From: Sandaracinaceae bacterium | Lineage (GTDB): Bacteria > Myxococcota_A > Polyangia > Polyangiales > Sandaracinaceae | Reading direction: 5' to 3' | Length of the DNA stretch: 64,000 bases | Assembly: GCA_044220955.1 (NCBI GenBank) | Contig: JBGAQA010000003.1 | Coordinates: 25,294-89,293 of the forward strand | In this document: positions 10,137 through 19,748 of the stretch, piece after piece | Layout of the letters: the number at the start of each line of letters is the position of its first letter | Position numbering within the stretch: the stretch's first letter is position 1 | The notes under the pieces: model-generated | Told to the model about the DNA's origin: nothing | The model's database searches: none | What the model saw: the letters and a program-made list of their open reading frames with translations, nothing else | Program-made: the position numbers and the translations under genes

Positions 10137-10168
10137 ACCTGTTCAGCGCTTGGTCCGCTCGTCTCGGC

Positions 10169-11518
10169 TCACTGTTCGGTCGCGGTCGACTCGAGAACGA
10201 AGGGGTACGTCACGACGGTGGGGATGGACGCCGCCGGGAAGTGCCAGCGACCTGCCGCCTGGGCCACGCACTGGTCGACGCCCGACATGCCCGACGCGCT
10301 GCTCTGCACCACACGACCGTCCTGCGAGATCTGGAAGCCGACGGTGACGCGGCCCTCGAGGCCCGGGCGGCCGATGAGCGCCTGCTCGTAGCAGTAGCGC
10401 ACCTCGGGGCGGTGGCGAACGATGACCGAGCGGATCTGCTCGCGGGTGAGGCCGCCGTGCGTCTGGCAGTCCGGATCCGTGGAGGTCGCCGAGCACACGA
10501 GGTGGATGGTCGGCGTGGTCTCGTGCGGGTCGCGCGTCGAGAGCGCGGGGCCAGGGCCGACACCGGGGCCGCCGTGAGTGTCGAAGCCGCCCTGGTCGAC
10601 GGTGCCGTCGCCGCAGTGCTCGCCCGTGCACGTGCCGTGGCCCCGGGTCATGTGCAGACCGCCCGGGCCGGGGCCGAAGAGACCGCCGGGGATGAGCGCG
10701 TCGCCGGGGCCGCCCGCGCCGTCGGTCATGTTGCCGCTCGCGTAGGGGGAGTCGTCTCCCGTGAGAGAGGCGAGCTGGTGCGCGAGCGCGTCGAACATGC
10801 CGAGGTCCTGGACCTCTTGCGCGGTGAGCGGACCGGTCGTGGTCTGTGCGTGCCGGTGCGGCGTGCCCGGACCACCCGAGACGGCGGGCCGCGGCGTCTG
10901 GCCTCCTCCGTCCGCCGAGGGAGGCGCCGACGAGGTCCCGCTGCTCGCGTCACCGCCGGTGACGGGCGCGGGCGGCGGCGGCGTCAGCTCCGCCGCGTCG
11001 ACGTGAACCTGGATGTAGCGCATCTGCTCGCCGGTCAGGTCGCTCGAGAGCGCGCTCGCGTCCGGGGGCATGAAGAAGAACGTCGCGAGGATCGCCACGT
11101 GGAACGCGAGCGCCGCGGCCATCCAGCGCGAGCCCGTCGCATCGAAGAGCGGACCGGCGAACTTCTCCGTCTCCTTCTGCACCGGGCGCACGAAGAAGGT
11201 CATGTCGGCGATCGTGATCTCGACGATCGTGCTCGCGCCGATCACCACGCTGCGGTCGATGCTCTCCGCGCCGATCTCGCGGCTGACCTCGCCCTCGCTC
11301 ACGAGGGCGCTCGCGCGCGGCGGCACCGCGAGCAGCGCGCGCCCGTTCTCGATCACGAGCAGATCGAAGCTCTCCCCGAGCGGGAGCAGGAAGCGACCGA
11401 CCTCACCGACCGCGAGGCGGCGCGGGCGATCGAGGCTCACGAGCTCCGTGTCCAGAGCCTGGCCCTTCCAGCTCTGCACCACCTCGACCGAGAAACCCGA
11501 GCCCACGTTCGTTTCCAT
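10169..11518 (-). CDS. AgmX/PglI C-terminal (TonB-C-like) domain protein, GltG-like
   Basis: Single TM (MAAALAFHVAILATFFF), Gly/Pro linker, and C-terminal GGLTREQIRSVIVRHRPEVRYCYEQAL...LEGRVTVGFQI...CVAQAAGRWHFP...VTYPF. AGGAGG/GAAGGA upstream. Confidence 0.8.
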   Translation of the reverse strand: METNVGSGFSVEVVQSWKGQALDTELVSLDRPRRLAVGEVGRFLLPLGESFDLLVIENGRALLAVPPRASALVSEGEVSREIGAESIDRSVVIGASTIVEITIADMTFFVRPVQKETEKFAGPLFDATGSRWMAAALAFHVAILATFFFMPPDASALSSDLTGEQMRYIQVHVDAAELTPPPPAPVTGGDASSGTSSAPPSADGGGQTPRPAVSGGPGTPHRHAQTTTGPLTAQEVQDLGMFDALAHQLASLTGDDSPYASGNMTDGAGGPGDALIPGGLFGPGPGGLHMTRGHGTCTGEHCGDGTVDQGGFDTHGGPGVGPGPALSTRDPHETTPTIHLVCSATSTDPDCQTHGGLTREQIRSVIVRHRPEVRYCYEQALIGRPGLEGRVTVGFQISQDGRVVQSSASGMSGVDQCVAQAAGRWHFPAASIPTVVTYPFVLESTATEQ

Positions 11519-11546
11519 TTTCCTTCGACCTCCTGAGGCGCCGTAG

Positions 11547-11562
11547 TGCAGCGCTCGTGCCA
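11547..11562 (-). promoter_or_regulatory. sigma54 (-24/-12) promoter
   Basis: Minus strand TGGCACGAGCGCTGCA: GG-N10-GC, close to consensus TGGCACG-N4-TTGCA. Confidence 0.75.
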
Positions 11563-11617
11563 CGGAGATCGACCTCGGAAACGCGGCGAAGTTCCGCGTT
11601 TCGATCGATTTCTCGAG

Positions 11618-11639
11618 GGTGTTACGCCCGGTGTTACGC
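11618..11639. promoter_or_regulatory. Tandem 10-bp direct repeat GGTGTTACGC, candidate enhancer-binding-protein site
   Basis: Exact copies at 11618-11627 and 11630-11639, about 80-105 nt upstream of the predicted sigma54 start site. Confidence 0.55.
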
Positions 11640-11695
11640 GACAACGGCGCTCGAACGTCGTCACGCGTGACGGCCCGCGCTAACGTCCCGGCGCG

Positions 11696-12583
11696 ATGAC
11701 GACGACGACGTCCTTCACGGTCGCGGCGATCCAGTGCCCGCTCGGCGACAGCCGCGAGCGAAACGTGGAGCGCATCGTGCGACACGTGCGCGGCGCCGCG
11801 AGCGCAGGCGCGAACGTGGTGCTGCCCCCGGAGCTCTTCGAGGGCCCCTACTTCTGCCGCGAGGAGAAGGAGGCCTTCTTCTCTTGGGCGCGGTCCTTCG
11901 AGGGGAACGAGACCATCGCGCGCTTCAGCGAGCTCGCGCGCGAGCTCGGCGTGGTGATCCCGATCTCCTTCTTCGAGAAGGCGGGGCAGGCCTACTACAA
12001 CTCGCTCGCGATGATCGACGAGCGCGGCGAGGTGCTCGGCCTCTACCGCAAGAGCCACATCCCCGACGGTCCGGGCTACGAGGAGAAGTACTACTTCCGT
12101 CCCGGCGACACCGGCTTCCGCGTGTGGAAGACGCGCTTCGCGACGATCGGCGTCGGCGTCTGCTGGGATCAATGGTACCCGGAGTGCGCGCGCGCGATGG
12201 TGCTCTCGGGCGCGGACGTCCTGCTCTACCCCACCGCGATCGGCGCCGAGCCGAACGGCGTCGACACCAAGGACCCGTGGCAGCGCGCGATGATCGGACA
12301 CGCGGTCAGCAACGCCACGCCCGTCGTCGCCGCCAACCGCATCGGCAAGGAAGACTGGCAGACGTTCTACGGCAGCTCGTTCTGCTGCGACGCGCGCGGC
12401 GACAAGCTCGCCGAGCTCGGCAAGGACGAGGAAGGGCTGGCGATCGCGACGTTCGACCGGGCGCAGATCGCCGAGTACCGCGCCAGCTGGGGCTTCTTCC
12501 GCGATCGGCGCCCCGAGCTCTACGGCGCGCTCGCGACGGCCGACGGCAAGCTCGCGGTGAAGGCAGCGACGAAAGCGCGCTGA
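11696..12583 (+). CDS. aguB: N-carbamoylputrescine amidase (nitrilase family)
   Basis: Catalytic triad in PELF / YRKSHIPDGPGYEEKYYFRPGD / VCWDQWYPECAR; YPTAIG; WGFFRDRRPELY. Confidence 0.93.
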   Translation: MTTTTSFTVAAIQCPLGDSRERNVERIVRHVRGAASAGANVVLPPELFEGPYFCREEKEAFFSWARSFEGNETIARFSELARELGVVIPISFFEKAGQAYYNSLAMIDERGEVLGLYRKSHIPDGPGYEEKYYFRPGDTGFRVWKTRFATIGVGVCWDQWYPECARAMVLSGADVLLYPTAIGAEPNGVDTKDPWQRAMIGHAVSNATPVVAANRIGKEDWQTFYGSSFCCDARGDKLAELGKDEEGLAIATFDRAQIAEYRASWGFFRDRRPELYGALATADGKLAVKAATKAR

Positions 12584-12617
12584 TCCTGTAGCGTCGTGGG
12601 TCTTCGAGGTGACGCCC

Positions 12618-15251
12618 ATGACGCAGAACGCCCGTCGCGCCGCGCTCTTCGCTTCGCTCGTCCTGGCGTGCAGCTCGCCCCCCGTAGCGCCCGACGACAC
12701 CGGCACGGCGCTCGACGGGTCGACCGACGCCAACGACGTCGACGCGCCGACCTGCTCGGCGCCCGATCCGTTCCCGGTCGGCGGCGAGGGCCACGCGATG
12801 CCGCTCGCCGCAGCCGCGCACGAGGCGCGCGCGGGCCGTATCCACGCGGGTGACCTGCCCGCGGACCCCTCGCACCTGCAGACGTGGCGCGAGGGCGACT
12901 ACGTGCTCGCGAACGATCGCATCGCGTTCGTCGTCTCGCAGCCGGGTAACCAGGAGGTCTACGATCCCTACGGCGGTCGCGTCCGCGGCATCGCGCGGAT
13001 CGATCACGGCGCGATCGCGCACGCCGCCGACTTCAACCTCGCGATGCTGGGCCTGAGCCGCTTCGTGCTCGCCACGGACTCCGTGTCCGTGCTCAACGAC
13101 GGCAGCGATGGCCAGCCCGCGATCGTGCGCGTGCGCGGACCGCTCGTCGGGATCCAGGCGCTCGGCCCGCTGCTCGAGGGACTGATCCCGACCGACCTCA
13201 TGGACTGGCCCGCCGTGCTCGACTACGTGCTGGCGCCGGACGCCGACGCGATCGACGTACGCCTCACCGTGCGGCGCGGCCCGGGACGTGCGACGCGCGT
13301 GATGTTCGGGACCGCCGCGTTCTTCCAGTCGTTCCGCATGCCGAGCTGGTCGGAGACTGGCGGCTTCGTGCCCCCGACCGGCTCGCCCAGGTTCGTCGCG
13401 TTCGAAGACGCCGACGCGACCAGCTACGCGTGGGCCGCCGCACCACTCGACGACGGCTCACCGGGCGTCGTGCAACCGTTCTACTCGACGGGCGGCTTCG
13501 ACTTCTACACGTCACCGGGCGCGGTCGCGCAGGCGTGCGCCGACCACACGTTCGAGCTCGGTCGCTTCGTGATCGGCGACACGGACGGTCTGAACGGCGT
13601 GCAGCGGACGCTCTGGCGCGAGCTGGGGGACACGACCCGTGCGGTCACCGGCACGCTGACCAGCTCCGATCCGATGGCGATCGCCGGTGCGCACGTCCAC
13701 GTGACGACCGCCGGCTCGGACCCGGCGATGGTCACGCACCTCACGCGCGCCACGGTCGGGCCGAGCGGCGCCTTCGATCTCGTCGTCCCGACGAGCGCGG
13801 CGTCGGTGTGGGTCTGGCGCGAGGGTGTGCCGCTCGAGGGCCCCTTCGCGATCCCGGCGAGCGGCCCCATGACGATCCCGATCACCGAGCTGGCGACGAT
13901 CTCGATCGACGCGACCGACGCCGCGAGCACGACGCCCATCCCCGCGCGCGTTCACCTGTTCCCCGTGGGGAGCACGCCCCCCGTCGCCCCGGACGCGTTC
14001 GGCGAGCGCTCGCTCGGCCGAGGACGCAGCCGCATGGAGTTCGCGCCCGTGAGCGGCCACGTCGAGCTCCGTGTCGCGCCGGGCACGTATCGCCTCGTGG
14101 TCGCGCACGGCTGGGAGATGAACGTCCACGACCAGATGCTGACGCTGGCCGCGGGGGACACCCGCACGGTCGCCGCCGCGCTCACGCGTGCGCTCGACAC
14201 ACCCGGCGTGATGTGCGCCGACTATCACATCCACACGACGCGCTCGGTGGACAGCGAGGACTCGGGCGCGCTGAAGGTCTCGGCGCTCGCGGCCGACGGC
14301 CTCGAGATCGCGATCCGCTCCGACCACGAGTGGGTGAACGACTTCGCGCCCACGGTGACCGAGCTGGGCCTCGACGACTTCGTGGTCGGTCTGGCCGGCG
14401 AGGAGCTGACGACGTTCACGTACGGACACTTCGGCGTGTTCCCCCTCGTGCCGGACTTCGCGCGCCCGAGCGGCGGCGCCGTCACGTGGTTCGACCGATT
14501 CGCTCCGGACGTGTTCGACGAGGTCCGTGGCCGCCCCGAGTCCCCGCTGCTCATCATCAACCACCCGCGCGCGAACGGGATCCGGCAGGGCTATTTCCGC
14601 GAGACGGGCTACGACCCGGCGACGGGCATGGTCACGCACCCCGAGAACTGGGACACCGACTTCGACGTCGTCGAGGTCATCAACTCGTCGAGCTTCGAGA
14701 GCAACCGGGACGGGACGGTCGTCGACTGGTTCTCCCTGCTTCGAGCGGGCCGCCACGTGATGATGGTCGGCTCGTCCGACAGCCACCACACGCACGGCGA
14801 TCCCGTCGGCTACCCGCGTACGTGCCTGTGGATCGGCACCGACGACATCCACGCGGTCACGGGCGACATGGTGCGCGACGTGACGCGCGCCGGGGCCTCG
14901 TTCGTCATGGGCGGGATCTACCTCGACGTGATGGGCCCCTCCGGCACGCGCCCCGGCGCCACGGCGAGCGGCGCGGGGATGCGCGCGCAGATCCACGTGA
15001 CCGTCAGCGCGCCGCCGTTCGTCGACGTCGACAGCCTCGAGGTGATCGTCGACGGCACGACCACCGAGACGCTGCCGATCGCGGCGCCGATCGATCCGAC
15101 GAACCCCGTCCGCTTCGACGACGTCGTCGAGGTCGACGTGGCCGCCGCCGGCTCGTTCGTCGTCCTGCACGCCTCGGGCGCGGACACGCCCGACATCGCG
15201 TACGGCGATCAGCCCTTCGCGGTGTCGAACCCCATCTTCCTCACGCGCTGA
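12618..15251 (+). CDS. Lipoprotein PHP-like metallohydrolase (CehA/McbA family)
   Basis: Lipobox LVLAC; GDYVLANDRI N-domain; metal motifs DYHIHT, SDH, EELT, HFG, NHP, SDSH. Confidence 0.8.
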   Translation: MTQNARRAALFASLVLACSSPPVAPDDTGTALDGSTDANDVDAPTCSAPDPFPVGGEGHAMPLAAAAHEARAGRIHAGDLPADPSHLQTWREGDYVLANDRIAFVVSQPGNQEVYDPYGGRVRGIARIDHGAIAHAADFNLAMLGLSRFVLATDSVSVLNDGSDGQPAIVRVRGPLVGIQALGPLLEGLIPTDLMDWPAVLDYVLAPDADAIDVRLTVRRGPGRATRVMFGTAAFFQSFRMPSWSETGGFVPPTGSPRFVAFEDADATSYAWAAAPLDDGSPGVVQPFYSTGGFDFYTSPGAVAQACADHTFELGRFVIGDTDGLNGVQRTLWRELGDTTRAVTGTLTSSDPMAIAGAHVHVTTAGSDPAMVTHLTRATVGPSGAFDLVVPTSAASVWVWREGVPLEGPFAIPASGPMTIPITELATISIDATDAASTTPIPARVHLFPVGSTPPVAPDAFGERSLGRGRSRMEFAPVSGHVELRVAPGTYRLVVAHGWEMNVHDQMLTLAAGDTRTVAAALTRALDTPGVMCADYHIHTTRSVDSEDSGALKVSALAADGLEIAIRSDHEWVNDFAPTVTELGLDDFVVGLAGEELTTFTYGHFGVFPLVPDFARPSGGAVTWFDRFAPDVFDEVRGRPESPLLIINHPRANGIRQGYFRETGYDPATGMVTHPENWDTDFDVVEVINSSSFESNRDGTVVDWFSLLRAGRHVMMVGSSDSHHTHGDPVGYPRTCLWIGTDDIHAVTGDMVRDVTRAGASFVMGGIYLDVMGPSGTRPGATASGAGMRAQIHVTVSAPPFVDVDSLEVIVDGTTTETLPIAAPIDPTNPVRFDDVVEVDVAAAGSFVVLHASGADTPDIAYGDQPFAVSNPIFLTR

Positions 15252-16280
15252 TCAGGGAAGCCTGAGCAGGACGAGCTGGCCCTTCTCGTCGGCGGCCACC
15301 GCCATCGCGCCGTCGTCCCGGAAGGCGACGTGTGCGACGGGGGCGCTCATCGCGTGCTGGACGACCGGCGTCTCGCTGCGCTGCGGCCGCCAGACGCACA
15401 CGAGTCCGTCGCGCCCACCGCTGAGGAGCCGGTGATCGCTCGGCGCGGTCACGAGGGTCGTGACGAGCTTCGTGTGCGCCTTGAGCAGGATCGGCGTCGT
15501 GCCCTCGGGACCGCGGCCGCGGAAGCTCCAGACGACGATCTCTTCGCCGCCGCCCGTGGCGAGCGTGGTGCCGTCGTGGCTCCACGCGATCGCCTTCGGC
15601 TTGGCGGGGTAGCCGCCCATCATCGAGTCGTCGCCCGTCTCGAGCCGCCAGAAGTGCACCGCGTTGTCCTGGCAGCCGGCCGCGATGAAGCGGTCCTTGG
15701 GCTGCCACGCGACCGAGACGATGGACGTCTTCCAGGCGAGCTCGCGATCCCTGGTGCCGTCGCGCTTCCACAGGTCGAGCCCGCCGTAGCGCGCGACGGC
15801 GAGCAAGCTCGCGTCGGGGCTGAAGGCGAGGCCGCCTACGGTGCTGGGGTGCGGCCCGAGCTTCGCGAGGAGCGCGCCGCCCTCGCCGTACCAGCGAACA
15901 TGCTTGCCGGCCCCGATCGCGATGGTGCGGTCGGAGGCGATCGCGACCTGCTCGACCCACTCCGCGTCCGCGTCGAGCCTGCGCGTGACCTCGCCGGTCG
16001 CGACGTCGACCACGCACGCTGCGCCGTCCATGCCGCCCGTCACGGCGCGCGCGCCGTCACACGCCATCGTCAGCGCGCCGGCCTCGTGCACGGCGATCGT
16101 CTTGCGCGGCTCGCCGGTCGCCGCATCGAGCACGAGGACCGAGCCCGCGCCCGTCGCGACCACGAGCGCCTCGCCGCGCAGCGCGTAGGCGAGCCCGACG
16201 GGGTGATCACCGAGCTCGCGCGTCCAGACCGGCCCGGCCTTGGGCGACGCCTTGCCCACCAGCTTGTCGAAGAAGCCCAT
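15252..16280 (-). CDS. WD40-repeat beta-propeller protein
   Basis: Repeated WD40 blades (LAFSPDASLLA, VAWQPKDRFIAAGCQDNAVHFW, IAWSHDGTTLATGG, LLSGGRDGLVCVW). Starts 2 nt after the GTPase stop. Confidence 0.88.
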   Translation of the reverse strand: MGFFDKLVGKASPKAGPVWTRELGDHPVGLAYALRGEALVVATGAGSVLVLDAATGEPRKTIAVHEAGALTMACDGARAVTGGMDGAACVVDVATGEVTRRLDADAEWVEQVAIASDRTIAIGAGKHVRWYGEGGALLAKLGPHPSTVGGLAFSPDASLLAVARYGGLDLWKRDGTRDRELAWKTSIVSVAWQPKDRFIAAGCQDNAVHFWRLETGDDSMMGGYPAKPKAIAWSHDGTTLATGGGEEIVVWSFRGRGPEGTTPILLKAHTKLVTTLVTAPSDHRLLSGGRDGLVCVWRPQRSETPVVQHAMSAPVAHVAFRDDGAMAVAADEKGQLVLLRLP

Positions 16281-16282
16281 CG

Positions 16283-17716
16283 TCACTTCGCGCAGGAGAG
16301 GAACCCGCGCTCGAGCTCCGCGCGGTCGAGATCCTTGCCGATGAACACGAGCTGCGAGACCCGCTTCTCGTTCGGCTTCCACGCCTGATCCGACTTCGTG
16401 TCGAGCAGCATGTGCACGCCCTGCAGCACGTAGCGCTGGTTCGTGCCGTCGAACGCGATGATGCCCTTGGTGCGATAGAGATCGGCGCCCTTGGTCTGCA
16501 AGAGGCCCGAGAGCCACTCGTTGAGCTTGCGGCCGTCCATCGGTCGATCGGTCGAGAGCCCGACCGAGCGCACCGACTCCTCGTGCACGTGCCCCTCGGC
16601 CCAGCCGCGCTCGAGCGCAGCGCGCAGCGGCTCGCCGTTCACCAGTACGCGCGCGCCGAGCTCCTCGGGCGCGTGCTCGAGGAAGAGCGCGTAGAGCCCC
16701 TTGCCCGGCACCCCGAGGGGATAGCGGACCGCGTCGCCGACGAGGTCGGCGCAGGCGTGCACGCCCGGGGCGATCGGCGCCGCGACGCTCGCGTGCGTCG
16801 TGTCCGCCGCGAACACGCGGACCGCCTGCTCGGCGGCGTCGCGCAGGGCCACGTCGTCGGCACGTGGAACGGGGAGCAGCACCAGCTCCATGTGGTGATC
16901 GTGATCGTGATGATGAGCGTGGTCGTCGTGGTCGTGGTCGTGGTCGTGGTCGTCGTGGTCGTCGTGGTCGTGGTCGTGGTCGTGGTCGTCGTGGTGCTCG
17001 TGCCCCAGCTCGAGCTCGATCTTCCCGTCCGGCAGCGCGAACACGCCCGTCCACTCGAAGGGGTACTCCGGCGCGAGGAACGTCGGGCGGATCGACAGCG
17101 CCCGCTCCAGATCGAACCCGCCGACGTCGAGCGCCTTCTCGATCGGGATCGCGCACTGCGTCGTCCGCGTGATCTTCGCCAGCGCGTTGATCGAGCGCAC
17201 GCGCTCCTCGACGCGGTCGAGCTCCGCCTCGCTCACGAGATCGCTCTTGTTGAGCACCACGTGGTCTGCGAAGGCGATCTGCTCGCGGCACTCGCTCGAC
17301 TCGTCGATGTGCAGGCTCACGTGCTTGGCGTCGACGACCGTCAGGATCCCGTCGAGCCGGAACTGGTCCTTGGTCTCGTCGTCCATGAAGAACGTCTGGG
17401 CGACCGGCCCGGGGTCGGCCATGCCCGTGGTCTCGACCAGGATGTGGTCGAACTTGTCGCGCCGCTTCATCAGGTTGCCGAGGATGCGGATGAGGTCGCC
17501 GCGCACGGTGCAGCAGATGCACCCGTTGTTCATCTCGAAGATCTCCTCGTCGCTCTTCACGACGAGCCCCTGATCGATACCGATCTCGCCGAACTCGTTC
17601 TCGATCACCGCGATCCGCTTGCCGTGCGGCTCGGTGAGGATGCGGTTGAGAAGCGTCGTCTTGCCGGCGCCGAGGAAGCCGGTGAGGACCGTGACCGGGA
17701 TCTTCTGCTCGCTCAT
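16283..17716 (-). CDS. COG0523/CobW-family G3E GTPase metallochaperone with His/Asp-rich insertion
   Basis: [41 protein letters not shown]; CobW-C (LYRTKG...QGVH...LVFIG). Confidence 0.95.
   Translation of the reverse strand: MSEQKIPVTVLTGFLGAGKTTLLNRILTEPHGKRIAVIENEFGEIGIDQGLVVKSDEEIFEMNNGCICCTVRGDLIRILGNLMKRRDKFDHILVETTGMADPGPVAQTFFMDDETKDQFRLDGILTVVDAKHVSLHIDESSECREQIAFADHVVLNKSDLVSEAELDRVEERVRSINALAKITRTTQCAIPIEKALDVGGFDLERALSIRPTFLAPEYPFEWTGVFALPDGKIELELGHEHHDDHDHDHDHDDHDDHDHDHDHDDHAHHHDHDHHMELVLLPVPRADDVALRDAAEQAVRVFAADTTHASVAAPIAPGVHACADLVGDAVRYPLGVPGKGLYALFLEHAPEELGARVLVNGEPLRAALERGWAEGHVHEESVRSVGLSTDRPMDGRKLNEWLSGLLQTKGADLYRTKGIIAFDGTNQRYVLQGVHMLLDTKSDQAWKPNEKRVSQLVFIGKDLDRAELERGFLSCAK
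16892..17003. repeat. (GTCGTG)n-type coding repeat for [37 protein letters not shown]
   Basis: Directly visible low-complexity tract. Confidence 0.9.
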
Positions 17717-17753
17717 GGAGCGGCTTCTTGGGGGGCAGACTCGGGATCGTCAA

Positions 17754-19472
17754 TCAGCGGCCGAGGCCGGCCGACCACTCCAGCATGGCCTGCGCGGCCT
17801 GCCGGCGCGCGCCCCAGCTGGCCGCCGGAACGGAGGCCTCGAGGCCCGCGGCGAACGCCAGCGCGTGATCGCGGCGCGCCTCGATCGCGGGGTCACCGCT
17901 CGCGAGCTGGCTCGCGACGTCGGCGTGCGCGCGGAGCGCCCGCGCCGCCGCACCCGCGTCCCCGTTCTCGACGGCGCCCGCCGCCGCCACGAGCGCGCTC
18001 GAGAGATCTGCGTCGAGCGACGCTGCGAGCCCGCCGGCGGGAATCGGCAGCGGGGCCGAGCGCACCGCGAGCGCGCGCTCCCCCTCGAAGGGGCCGCCGG
18101 CGACGGTCGCTCGGGCCGTGCACGACACCACCGCGCCAGGCGCGGCGAGCTGGATCGGCAAGACGAGCGTCCGCGTCTCACTCGCCGCGATCGTGCCCAT
18201 CCGGATCGTGACCCGTGTCCCGCGGACCTCGACGCCCGCGTCCAAGGCTTGCAGATCGATACCCGCGGCCAGGCCCACGCCGGGCGCGAGCTGGAGCTCG
18301 AACGCGATGTCGCGCGCGACGACGTTCGTGTGGAGCTCGAGCTCCGCCTCGAGGAGCGCGCCGAGCTCGTGGGCGGTCGGGGCGATGCGGAAGTCGCCAC
18401 CCCCGCGCCGCGCGATCGCGCCGAGGATGCCTGCGTGGAACTCGCTTCCGAGCCCGATGGTGACGGTCGTCGCGCCCGTGCGCACCCGCGCCTCGGCCGC
18501 CAGCGCGCCGAGCTCGCGCGGCGTCGCGAAGCCGCCCTCGGGAACCCCATCCGAGAGGAGGAGCACGATCGATCCGCCGCTCGGCGCAAGGGTCGCGTAC
18601 GCCGCGCGAAGGCCGGCCTCGATGTTCGTGCGTCCCTCGCACGAGAGCCCGAGGATCGCCGCACGCGCCGCCGCGCCGTCTCCGACGAGCGCGGGCGCGA
18701 GCGCGATGCGCGCGTCGGTCGCGTACGCGACGATCACGAGCTCGTCCTCGGGACGGAGGCGCCCGACCAGCGCGAGCGCCGCCTCGCGCACCTCGTCCCA
18801 GCGCCGCGCCATCGACGTGCTCGTGTCGATCACGAGGTGCACGCGGACGGGCGTCGGGGCCCGCCCCGGGGGTCCGCCCAGCGCGCGCACGACAATCGCG
18901 CTCTCCCCACCGCCAGCGCCGAGCGCATCGTGGGCGAGCGCAGCCTCGAGCCGCACGCCGTCGCTCGACGCGACCAGGGAGTCGCCGCCCAGCGAGAGCG
19001 ACGAGAGCGAGCCGAGGAGCGAGAGCGCCGCGACGGTGTCGTCGTGTCCGGTGCCCCCGGCGACTCGGACGACGCCACCCCCGACGCCATCGGTCGTGAC
19101 GACCTCGCGCGTGCTGCACGCCCCGCACGACACGTGGATGCCGGGACCGACGAGGCCGGCCAGCCCGGTGCCGTTGCCGTTCACCGGCGCGGCGGCTGCG
19201 AGCCGGGGCACGGAGCAAGACGTGTCCACGGCGAGCGGGACACCCGGGAGCACGACTCCAGCTCCGCTCCAGCCGTTCTGAGCCGTCCACGAGCCGCTCG
19301 CCGTGCCCGTCACGACCGTCCCGAGGACGATCGCCCCGTCCGACTCCGCCTCACCCACGACCACCGTTGGCGCCCCGAGCCCCACCGCACCCGGGTAGTA
19401 CCCGTGATAGTAGTGACCGCACCCCGAGAGCCCGATCCCGAGGGTGAGCGCTCGCCAGACGAGACTCTTCAT
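17754..19472 (-). CDS. vWA-domain lipoprotein (YfbK/chloride-channel-homolog-like vWA)
   Basis: Lipobox GLSGC; HLVIDTSTSM, GRTNIEAGL, LLLSDG, TIGLG. Confidence 0.8.
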   Translation of the reverse strand: MKSLVWRALTLGIGLSGCGHYYHGYYPGAVGLGAPTVVVGEAESDGAIVLGTVVTGTASGSWTAQNGWSGAGVVLPGVPLAVDTSCSVPRLAAAAPVNGNGTGLAGLVGPGIHVSCGACSTREVVTTDGVGGGVVRVAGGTGHDDTVAALSLLGSLSSLSLGGDSLVASSDGVRLEAALAHDALGAGGGESAIVVRALGGPPGRAPTPVRVHLVIDTSTSMARRWDEVREAALALVGRLRPEDELVIVAYATDARIALAPALVGDGAAARAAILGLSCEGRTNIEAGLRAAYATLAPSGGSIVLLLSDGVPEGGFATPRELGALAAEARVRTGATTVTIGLGSEFHAGILGAIARRGGGDFRIAPTAHELGALLEAELELHTNVVARDIAFELQLAPGVGLAAGIDLQALDAGVEVRGTRVTIRMGTIAASETRTLVLPIQLAAPGAVVSCTARATVAGGPFEGERALAVRSAPLPIPAGGLAASLDADLSSALVAAAGAVENGDAGAAARALRAHADVASQLASGDPAIEARRDHALAFAAGLEASVPAASWGARRQAAQAMLEWSAGLGR

Positions 19473-19566
19473 GTCCTCGCTCCTACGCGGGATCGACGCG
19501 GTGTTTTCCCAGGGATTCACGCGTTCACGAAGATCGGGGCGCTCTGCCCCACCGACTGTGAACGCG

Positions 19567-19595
19567 TTGACACTCCCGAACCTGCGCGCTACATG
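19567..19595 (+). promoter_or_regulatory. sigma70-type promoter of tRNA-Ala
   Basis: TTGACA-N17-TACATG followed by GC-rich CGGCC. Confidence 0.7.
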
Positions 19596-19609
19596 CGGCC
19601 TCCCTTTTT

Positions 19610-19682
19610 GGGGTCGTAGCTCAGTTGGGAGAGCGCCTCGATGGCATCGAGGAGGTCAGCGGTTCGATCCCGCTCGGCTCCA
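19610..19682 (+). tRNA. tRNA-Ala (anticodon GGC), CCA not encoded
   Basis: Acceptor stem GGGGTCG/CGGCTCC with G3:U70; D arm AGCTCAGTTGGGAGAGC; anticodon arm CCTCG-ATGGCAT-CGAGG; T loop GGTTCGATCC. Confidence 0.97.
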
Positions 19683-19748
19683 TGGTCTCGAAGAACACGC
19701 CGCGCGCCGACTTGGCAGCCCCGGCGCGGTCCCGTAGGCTGCCGCCGG

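Noticed and set aside
10169..12733. Apparent 854-aa ORF and other long N-terminal extensions in the ORF track (e.g. menD 925 aa, WD40 833 aa, crtB 627 aa)
   Set aside because: The extensions overlap neighbouring real genes; true starts are supported by RBS or stop/start overlaps, so these are not fusions.
16892..17003. Repeat tract as a CRISPR array or non-coding satellite
   Set aside because: It is an in-frame His/Asp coding tract with no spacers and no cas genes.
19490..19530. Possible ECF promoter upstream of the vWA lipoprotein (TGAATC-N15-CGTC, minus strand)
   Set aside because: Spacing and the -35 match are too weak to support a call.
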